IMG/VR virus record: IMGVR_UViG_3300035659_000003
Location: 1 to 64,000 of that record
DNA length: 64,000 bases
Origin: a virus
Direction: 5' to 3' (one strand)
This document shows, piece after piece, positions 37,668 through 44,672 of the stretch. The notes below the pieces were generated by a model that had not been told where the DNA came from, ran no database searches, and saw only the letters and a list, made by a program, of their open reading frames with translations. The translations under genes and the position numbers were made by a program. How positions within the stretch are numbered: the first letter of the stretch is position 1; every line of letters begins with the position of its first letter.

Positions 37668-38963
37668 TTACTCGAACGCGAACACAGTGACACGGTCGGC
37701 AGCAAGAAGAGGAGAGGCCGCAATGCCCGTAACGGTTACGAGGGCAGGAATTCCAGCCCCCGCTGCCGCGAACACGACTGAGCCCGCAAACGGCAAGAAC
37801 ACGCCAGCAGTCTCGAGAACCACGATCCCCCAGAAAGCGTCGAAAGGAAGGGGAATCCGCACCTCGCCGAAACCAGCGCCCGCCAGTGCCTCGCCCGCGT
37901 CGGGGATCACGGTCACGCAACAGACCTGCTTCCTGCCTGGGTCTGCACCGCGCCACATGGTTACCTCGTCGAATACGCAGTCCAGAGGAATGACGGTGAC
38001 CGCGACGGTTGCCGGAGTAGCGGGGCCAAGGATATCAAACGTCAGGAGCAAGTCTATGCCCGCAACGAGGCTCTGTGCCGTAACGTTGTTGACCGCGCCG
38101 ATGGCGTCGTTGTCGTTGATGGTTGCCGCGATAAGTGGAGTGAGAACAACGGCAGCAACCGGCGCGCCGGTGGCCTGAGAGCCAATCGGAATATTGGCCG
38201 ACAGTGCAGTTACGTGTGATACGCTCCAGAAGATGTCTACTCCGTTAGCGTGTGGCGCTGCAGCCGTTCCGCAGCGTGCACGCCCGAAGGTCACGCTGGT
38301 GCCTGCAACGTTAAGGACGCGCAGGTATTCCGCGCCGATGAAAACAAGCTCGCCCACAATCACCGGAGTCACGCCGCCGATGCCGCTTTGCACGTAACCG
38401 CGCGCAGGGGTCAGCACGACGGTCAACGGGTTAGTGATGTTGTTGAAGTCGTTATTGGCTGTGTTGTCAGCAGAGTCCAACGTGATGTCGTCCAGCTCGA
38501 AGGTGTCCGTGCCGATCTGGTAGGTATCACCAGGAACAGGAACGCCGGTTCGCGCCGTGCCAGCGACTACGCGCGCCGTCCCCATCGCAAAACGACCAGG
38601 GTCGTCCAGCGGAGGAGACGCCAGAAGGTTAACGGCAAGTGCGGCAGGTTCAATCTTGTCAAGGGCTGTAGCCGCATTGAAGAAGTCATTCGCCATCTTT
38701 GCTCGGCCAGCCGCGTCAGCCGACAGTACATCGTCGGCGAGGTCGTCGGTATCAACCGCCAGGTTATCGATGGCCAAGCTAGTGAGCCCGCCCTTATCGG
38801 GCAAGTCCATCCATACCGCCAGGTTGATGATGATGGTGTCAGGGCTGCCCTCGATAAGGTAGACCGCGTCGGTCAGGGACGGATCATTTATGTAGGTGAC
38901 CTGCCTATAGACGGGCCGCGCCAGGTTCCCCAGTTGAGTCAGGGTCAGTTTAGTAAGTGCCAT
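37668..38963 (-). CDS. head fibre/decoration-like structural protein (start trimmed to MALTKL)
   Basis: Ala/Gly/Thr-rich; carries the E...R..GT...H..G module. Confidence 0.55.
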   Translation of the reverse strand: MALTKLTLTQLGNLARPVYRQVTYINDPSLTDAVYLIEGSPDTIIINLAVWMDLPDKGGLTSLAIDNLAVDTDDLADDVLSADAAGRAKMANDFFNAATALDKIEPAALAVNLLASPPLDDPGRFAMGTARVVAGTARTGVPVPGDTYQIGTDTFELDDITLDSADNTANNDFNNITNPLTVVLTPARGYVQSGIGGVTPVIVGELVFIGAEYLRVLNVAGTSVTFGRARCGTAAAPHANGVDIFWSVSHVTALSANIPIGSQATGAPVAAVVLTPLIAATINDNDAIGAVNNVTAQSLVAGIDLLLTFDILGPATPATVAVTVIPLDCVFDEVTMWRGADPGRKQVCCVTVIPDAGEALAGAGFGEVRIPLPFDAFWGIVVLETAGVFLPFAGSVVFAAAGAGIPALVTVTGIAASPLLAADRVTVFAFE

Positions 38964-38964
38964 A

Positions 38965-39429
38965 TTAGTAAGTCCTCTCGTCGTCGCACAGAATGTAGTC
39001 GAACGCAAGCTCGACCGTGCCCGCAAATGCGCCACCACAGATCACCGCGAAGATAATCGGCTGCTCCGCCGCCACCCGCAAGGCGTTAGTGGTCAACGCG
39101 CCGTAGACGATAGTGTTGTCGGCTGGCGTTGTCGCACCGAGAATCTGGGTGATCAGGCTATTGCCCGCCGCCGCCGCTTCGTCATAAAGCGATGGTGCCA
39201 GAAGGTCGATGCTTGTCAGCCCCGCGAGGCTCTCGCCCAGAATCCTGACATCAACGATGCGGATCGGGACGGTAGGAACCAGGCATGTGGCGCGAACCTC
39301 GCCGTTAATCGGCACGATCTTGACGGGATTGCTGGTGCGGAGCATCTCCTGCCCCTTTCCCAGCTCGTCCACCACGCGCTTGGCAGTGCTGTAAAGAACC
39401 CGTTGTCGCCTAGCTGCTGGGTACGCCAC
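38965..39429 (-). CDS. capsid decoration-like protein, copy 2
   Basis: Tandem paralogue of 39431-39889. Confidence 0.55.
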   Translation of the reverse strand: MAYPAARRQRVLYSTAKRVVDELGKGQEMLRTSNPVKIVPINGEVRATCLVPTVPIRIVDVRILGESLAGLTSIDLLAPSLYDEAAAAGNSLITQILGATTPADNTIVYGALTTNALRVAAEQPIIFAVICGGAFAGTVELAFDYILCDDERTY

Positions 39430-39430
39430 C

Positions 39431-39889
39431 CTAGTAAGTCCTCTCCTCGTCGCAGAGGATGTAGTCTACCTGCACCTCGACGGAACCCGTGGCCGCGCCT
39501 GCAGTTATCACAACAAGATTGATGGGCTGCTCCGCCGCTACCCTATTAGCCAACGGAAGAACCGCGCCGTAGACTAGGGTGTCGTCCGCCGCTGCTGCCA
39601 ACTCTGTGATCAAACGGTTACCCGCACCTGCTGCAGAATCATAGAGAGCCGGAGCTAGGACGTTGATGCTGGTAAGGTTGGCGACGCTCTCGCCCATAAC
39701 CTTGACGTCAACAATGCGAACAGGAACGGTAGGAATGCCCACGATCGCGCGGATCGTGCTTGCGCCCGCCTGAGTAATCTTAACCGGCCCAAATGTGCGC
39801 AGGGCCTCCTGACCCTTACCGAGTTCGTCGCGGACGCGCTTTGCGGTGCTATAAAGAACACGCTGTCTTCGTGCTGCTGGGTACGCCAT
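39431..39889 (-). CDS. capsid decoration-like protein, copy 1
   Basis: Follows the MCP; first 19 aa identical to copy 2. Confidence 0.55.
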   Translation of the reverse strand: MAYPAARRQRVLYSTAKRVRDELGKGQEALRTFGPVKITQAGASTIRAIVGIPTVPVRIVDVKVMGESVANLTSINVLAPALYDSAAGAGNRLITELAAAADDTLVYGAVLPLANRVAAEQPINLVVITAGAATGSVEVQVDYILCDEERTY

Positions 39890-39906
39890 CGTCACTATTC
39901 CTCTCT

Positions 39907-40067
39907 GGGAGGGGGGCCATGGGACTCCCCGCCTATGCTTTTCGCCTCTTCCCGTGTGAGCGCCAGGGCCGGAGAAAGGAGGCGAACTCCGGCCTGCGCC
40001 ATTTCAGCTTTCGCTGTCGTCCTTTTAACCAAGGAAGGGGGCTAGGCGGATGCCGTAACCCCGTCCC
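39907..40067 (-). ncRNA. candidate structured RNA between the MCP and decoration genes
   Basis: Nested helices, a GAAA tetraloop and an 8-bp stem with an anti-SD loop. Confidence 0.45.
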
Positions 40068-40085
40068 TTACTATGTTGTCCTTGT

Positions 40086-41507
40086 TTACGTCAGGTTGAC
40101 GCCGTCGCTCAAGTCGACGATCTTCGCCTGCTTCCTGAAGTCCATGCAGCGGAGGTTGAAGGCGGTAAGGTAGATGGCCTTGATGCCGAGCATGTTGTTC
40201 TGGAGGTAGTCACGGGATTCCATATACTGGGTGGTGAAGAGAACCGGAATCTCGAGGAACCGAGTGTCCATCACGTACACGTTCGGGCCGCGCTTCTCGT
40301 CACCGGCAGCCGCCAACTGGTAGCTAGTCGGGGTATCGAAGTCGTGGAAGACTGGGATGCCCTTGTAGGTTGCCACCTGGAAGCCGGTCGGGTAACCCTT
40401 CAGCGTGCCTTCGCCGCCGAGCTTGACCTGGAACTCGCCTTCACCGATGAAGTGCTGGTTGGCCTGGAGAATGGTTCCCAGTCGGGTCAACTGCTCGATG
40501 CCGGTTGTGACTAGGTCGGGCTCGCCGCCGTTCCGACGTACCCTGTCAATGGCCTGGTCTAGCAGGACAGTGCTCAGGTGCCGGAGTGGAGCCGCTGCGG
40601 AAGCAGCCTCAAACACGTTGCCTGCGTTCCAGGCCAGGGCATCGCGGTCGGCAAGAACGAGGGAGCCGTAGCCCGCAACTTCGGCGTTGGTGAACGTCGC
40701 GCCGTTGCGGATACGGGCCGTCTGGTCGACCACGTCGTCGAGGCTGTAGGAAGCGCCGCGATCGCGTGCGTAGAGGATGCGGTCGGTTGTGGTGATCTGG
40801 TCAAACGTGGCCACCGTGTCGGAAGTGATGCCGGTGCAGATGATGTCCTGTGCCTGACCTGCCTCGCGGAACGTGTCGCCCACGTTCAGCCACGAGGTGT
40901 CGATCAAGGTGACCGCGCCTGCAGGAGCAGCGCCTAGCACGATGCGCTGGTCACTAGATGCCAGAAGCATCTGGTTGAGGCGCTTCGTGTGGTCGATCAT
41001 CGCAGTCTCCTGCGCTACCGCCAGGGCGTCCCCGATACCACCCTCCAGGGTGCCCAGGAACTGTGCCAGAGCGGAAACGCCGATGGACGTCACGATGAAT
41101 CTCGGCTGGATGTAGACGGTCTGCAGGTCAGGGCTGTCGATGTCCGGCAGGGCCGCGACTTCCGTCACGGGCCGAGTCGAACGGTTACGACCAGACCGAA
41201 TCCTGTAACCTGTGGTTGGCCCCCACGCCACCTTTCGGAGCAGGTTGAACACCCTGGTCTGGGAGTTCAAACTATCCCAGACTTTGGCTCCAAAAGTATT
41301 GACAAAAAAGTCACCCGCAATGAATGCATCGGCAGGCGGGGACGAGGTGATGTCCTTCTGGAGGAGGCCGGAGCCTGGGCCGAAGTAGCCGTAGCGGAGT
41401 TCGCGGGGACTAGAGCCACCAGGAACGCGCTGCAGCCAGTCGGCTAGAGTTCTCGGACTCCAGTTGATGGCCTTGTTTAGTTGGCTGTTGCGGTAAGAGC
41501 TTCCCAT
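40086..41507 (-). CDS. major capsid protein (HK97 fold)
   Basis: Size; follows an acidic scaffold; NGGEPDLV.T, TYKGIPV and C-terminal LRC.DFRKQAKI.DL. Confidence 0.85.
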   Translation of the reverse strand: MGSSYRNSQLNKAINWSPRTLADWLQRVPGGSSPRELRYGYFGPGSGLLQKDITSSPPADAFIAGDFFVNTFGAKVWDSLNSQTRVFNLLRKVAWGPTTGYRIRSGRNRSTRPVTEVAALPDIDSPDLQTVYIQPRFIVTSIGVSALAQFLGTLEGGIGDALAVAQETAMIDHTKRLNQMLLASSDQRIVLGAAPAGAVTLIDTSWLNVGDTFREAGQAQDIICTGITSDTVATFDQITTTDRILYARDRGASYSLDDVVDQTARIRNGATFTNAEVAGYGSLVLADRDALAWNAGNVFEAASAAAPLRHLSTVLLDQAIDRVRRNGGEPDLVTTGIEQLTRLGTILQANQHFIGEGEFQVKLGGEGTLKGYPTGFQVATYKGIPVFHDFDTPTSYQLAAAGDEKRGPNVYVMDTRFLEIPVLFTTQYMESRDYLQNNMLGIKAIYLTAFNLRCMDFRKQAKIVDLSDGVNLT

Positions 41508-41525
41508 CGTGGTATCGCCCCTCCC

Positions 41526-42287
41526 CTAGATGATCGAATCCGGCAGATCACCGACCGCAACGCGGAAGCGGTTGATCTCCTGGAAACTCATGCCGCGAGC
41601 CCGATCTTCCAGCTCGCCCAGGTCAGGCGTGGGCTCCGACGGGGTCTTCCCCACGGTCGGGCCAACGGCCTTCTTGATGATGCCCGCCGAAACGAGAGCG
41701 GCCTTGATCTCTGCATTCTCGTCGAAGAGCTTCTTGAGGGTCGGCCCCATCTTGCTCTTCGGGATGATTGTGGCGTCGGCAGGCCAGTCCTTGGTGTCGG
41801 GAGTGATGGGAGGGTTACCTGGAACGTCCGAGTCCTTCTCGCCGAAATTGCTAGAGGCGTCGTCCTTGTCCACCTTGGCCTTGCGGGCCATACTGACCAG
41901 GCCAGGCACGTTCTTGGTGTCCTCTTCCGAACCGCTATAGCTCTCCGGCGACCCTAGATCGCTGTCGCCGTAGGGACTAAAGTCGGACTCGGTTGCGGAC
42001 TCGCCCAACTCGAACTCGTCCTCTTCGGGGGCCTCTTCGTCCTCCTCGGAGTCTTCGTCGCTGTCGAGCGCCATGACATGCTTGGTCAGGGCGGACATGG
42101 AGCGGGTAAGGTCAAGCATCAGCGTTGCCTGCTCGCGCAGGGCCTTGCTGAGCGAACTCACCTTGGTCTCTAGCGACTCAGCGGAATCCTCGTCGTCGTC
42201 CCCCTCGTCCTCGGACAGGAGAGACTCCAGGCTTTCCTCGTCATCGCCCTCGGGATTGTCTGCCAGACGTAGAAGTCTCTTATTCAT
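41526..42287 (-). CDS. capsid scaffolding protein
   Basis: Highly acidic with coiled coils, directly upstream of the MCP. Confidence 0.65.
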   Translation of the reverse strand: MNKRLLRLADNPEGDDEESLESLLSEDEGDDDEDSAESLETKVSSLSKALREQATLMLDLTRSMSALTKHVMALDSDEDSEEDEEAPEEDEFELGESATESDFSPYGDSDLGSPESYSGSEEDTKNVPGLVSMARKAKVDKDDASSNFGEKDSDVPGNPPITPDTKDWPADATIIPKSKMGPTLKKLFDENAEIKAALVSAGIIKKAVGPTVGKTPSEPTPDLGELEDRARGMSFQEINRFRVAVGDLPDSII

Positions 42288-42336
42288 ACGAAAACAACCT
42301 CCAACGTTGCGCTACACTCCCAGCTATTCGATGCGT

Positions 42337-42366
42337 AGCATATCATAATGGAGGCAGTTCTGACAG
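42337..42366 (-). promoter_or_regulatory. possible promoter for the head operon
   Basis: CTGTCA-N18-TATGCT with extended TG, just after a terminator. Confidence 0.35.
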
Positions 42367-42375
42367 AGCTACAAT

Positions 42376-42400
42376 AACAAAGGGCCGCCCGAAGGCGACC
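42376..42400 (-). terminator. intrinsic terminator
   Basis: GGTCGCC-TTCG-GGCGGCC followed by CTTTGTT. Confidence 0.6.
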
Positions 42401-42512
42401 TATCTCGGCGGAGCATCAAACCGCCCGCCAATCACACAGCGTAGTTGTTCCCCTTACCCACCCTCGGCAGGCATTATGCCCGCCTACTCCGAACAGCCCT
42501 CTCGCGAAGCTG

Positions 42513-42710
42513 CTAAGTTATTGGTGGCTTCCTGTTTTGCCACGCAGTCACGCCCGCCAGGACGGGAGCCATGACCCACAGCAGCAACAGGGCCTCCTCT
42601 GGTACGGCGTAACCCTCGTGTAGAGCGTACAGCAACGCCGCGTAGCCGACTAGCATCGCCCCGAACGGGGCCGCAACGTCCTGTATGATCTGTGCAACGG
42701 CTTGAAACAT
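42513..42710 (-). CDS. small 2-TM membrane protein (holin candidate)
   Basis: AAGGAG RBS, two hydrophobic helices, basic tail. Confidence 0.5.
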   Translation of the reverse strand: MFQAVAQIIQDVAAPFGAMLVGYAALLYALHEGYAVPEEALLLLWVMAPVLAGVTAWQNRKPPIT

Positions 42711-42726
42711 AAGTGGTTCTCCTTCA

Positions 42727-42800
42727 TGGTCGGGAGAGGAGGAATTGAACCTCCGCTTCCTGGCCCCAAACCAGGGGTGCTACCGTAACACTTCCCCCCG
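42727..42800 (-). tRNA. tRNA-Pro(UGG)
   Basis: Cloverleaf, CCTGG-TTTGGGG-CCAGG arm, C1-G72, A73, encoded CCA. Confidence 0.9.
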
Positions 42801-42875
42801 TGGTGGACTTGTTCAGACTCGAACTGAAATCTCGCCGCTTGCAGGGCGGCTGCTCGCCCGTTGAGCTACAAGCCC
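42801..42875 (-). tRNA. tRNA-Ala(UGC)
   Basis: Cloverleaf, G3-U70, GCCGC-CCTGCAA-GCGGC arm, TTCGAGT loop, encoded CCA. Confidence 0.9.
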
Positions 42876-43343
42876 GATGATATAGTCCTGCCCAAACCGC
42901 CCCTTCTCCGTGTGGTGTGTTGGGCACAACACCTGCAGATTCTCGATTTCGTTATTAGTGCGGTCGCCGTCAATGTGATCCACCTCGACGCAGATTCCCG
43001 CATAGCCACAAACGCAGCACACCGGCCCGAGCAATCTAAGTGCTCTGTCTCGATAGCTAGCAGCGCCGGTCGTCCTTGCCGCCCCCGCGCGGTAGCCTAA
43101 CCGTCGCGCCTCATCAGAATCCTGACAGGCAGGGCCACAAAAGAAGAAACCAGTCTTGTTACCCTTGATACGACTAGGCATCCGATGAACTGCTGTTCCG
43201 CACACGGAGCAGGGCAGGAAATGGCTCGCACGCACTTGGTGCCACACGCACCGGCATCCCTCCTTGTGAGGATGAGGCCGTCGGGCCATCTCTGGTTGCC
43301 CGCCGTGAAACGGACATTGACACCCTACCTTATGTGCACCCAT
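42813..43343 (-). mobile_element. zinc-finger HNH endonuclease
   Basis: CxxCG...FC...C and CxxCG...EVDHIDGDRTNN..ENL..LCPTHH. Confidence 0.85.
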
Positions 43344-43344
43344 T

Positions 43345-43503
43345 ACAAAAATAGAAGCCCCGCACTCCCCGCGACCGTCGCCGCAGGTGGCGGCCCCTTG
43401 CAGGGCCTAAAATCGCACCGGCCAGGGTCTCATCATGAGTTGAGGGCCGCCCCTGTGTCCAGCGCGTAACCTTGCCAGGGTGGAACCAGTCCACCCCTGC
43501 AAC
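43345..43503 (-). ncRNA. candidate structured RNA or leader ahead of the HNH-tRNA unit
   Basis: Own extended -10 promoter, multiple helices, ends in a T-tract. Confidence 0.4.
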
Positions 43504-43507
43504 GGAC

Positions 43508-43516
43508 AGTATACCA
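43508..43516 (-). promoter_or_regulatory. extended -10 promoter TGGTATACT
   Basis: GTGGTATACT identical to 25708-25717. Confidence 0.6.
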
Positions 43517-43529
43517 CAAGCGCTGGTGC

Positions 43530-43922
43530 CTACAAGGGCTTTTCGTCGGCCTTCCGAACACGCTTCTCAACGCGAGCAACGGACTTCTGCAGGGCCTCCA
43601 TACCGGCGCGCAGGACGTCGAGGTCGGTCTGAATCTCATCCAGGTCTTCGTCGAATTCCTTATCCTCCGCCTCTTCCTCTTCGGCCTGCTCCTCGATGGT
43701 CTCCTCTAGGCGGTGCTGGGCCAGGAGAATAAACGCCGCGAGGAAGATGGCCTCCAGGGATACCACCATCGTCAGCAGGCTATAAGGCCAGGGATCGCCG
43801 AGGCGTCCGCCCAGGACTAGCCAAAGAGTAAACCCCACGATATGCAGGTAGACGAAGAGGGGGCTGCCCGCGAAGCGGGACACCCACAGCGCGAAGCGCG
43901 TCTCCAGATCGTGCAGCCTCAC
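43530..43922 (-). CDS. DUF1003-family membrane protein
   Basis: FAGS..F...H......W......DPWPYSLLTMVVSLEAIFL..FILLAQ, then a coiled coil. Confidence 0.85.
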   Translation of the reverse strand: MRLHDLETRFALWVSRFAGSPLFVYLHIVGFTLWLVLGGRLGDPWPYSLLTMVVSLEAIFLAAFILLAQHRLEETIEEQAEEEEAEDKEFDEDLDEIQTDLDVLRAGMEALQKSVARVEKRVRKADEKPL

Positions 43923-44015
43923 AGCGGCCCCCTCTCTTGACAGGGTGCCCTCCCCCGCCCTGGTGCGTCAAGGGGCCAGGATTTGCCCCACAACGCGGCA
44001 GGATTGGCCCCAGAC

Positions 44016-44672
44016 CTAAGCCTGCGGTGTCCGCGCCCGTGCGTGGATCAAGAACTTCTGCGAGCTTAGGTAATCGTACCCAGGGGGGTCAGTGCCGTAG
44101 CGGATCGTGACCTGACCCTCGTAGAGTCCTGGCGTCCTAAAGACGTATCCGGACTGCAGCGCCACGTGGCCCTGTAGTGAGTTTAGAATCTGGCAGGGCG
44201 CGCTAGTCAAGAGCTTCGTGCCCTTGTAGCGCGAGACGTAAACCGTCACCAACGTGAGAACCTGAAGCTGGACATTTGAATCGTCCGAGTGCAGCGCGAT
44301 GGACGTGCCCTCCTGCGCGCGATCAGCCGTGAAGACATCGCCTGCGCGAAGCGTCACGAGCAGGGTCTCGGAACCGATAGACACGCGGTAAGGAGTCGCG
44401 GGTGGCGGAGTCGCCAGCGGGAAGAGCGTGCCCTGTCCGGCGTGCAGGCTGAAGACGACGGGGTCGTCAACGTCGTTCATCGGGCCGTCGAGCTGACCGG
44501 AGATCGCAGTAGGAGGCTCCAGGTCGACGTACCCGCCGTCGTCGTAGACTAGCCAAATGTCAAGGTCAGGCAGCGTATCCCCGACCCACACCGTGAGCGG
44601 GCCAGCGAAAGAGGCCAGTAGCTCTCGAGTCGTCTGATAGTCCATTGTCATTATGTTACCCTCCAGGGCCAA
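44016..44672 (-). CDS. BppU N-terminal-like baseplate/fibre adaptor with an inserted module
   Basis: GDTLPDL...VDL and TPGLYEGQVTI.Y flank a 70-aa insert. Confidence 0.55.
   Translation of the reverse strand: MALEGNIMTMDYQTTRELLASFAGPLTVWVGDTLPDLDIWLVYDDGGYVDLEPPTAISGQLDGPMNDVDDPVVFSLHAGQGTLFPLATPPPATPYRVSIGSETLLVTLRAGDVFTADRAQEGTSIALHSDDSNVQLQVLTLVTVYVSRYKGTKLLTSAPCQILNSLQGHVALQSGYVFRTPGLYEGQVTIRYGTDPPGYDYLSSQKFLIHARARTPQA

Noticed and set aside
40067-40100. GTCAAC-N16-CAACATAGTAAG as a sixth promoter copy
   Set aside because: Spacing and tail match but the CGTC core is absent; kept only as a weak hint
43345-43503. Hammerhead ribozyme, tmRNA or IscB omega-RNA
   Set aside because: CATGATGAG lacks the CUGANGA/GAAA core; no tRNA-like 3' end; the adjacent HNH has no RuvC motifs
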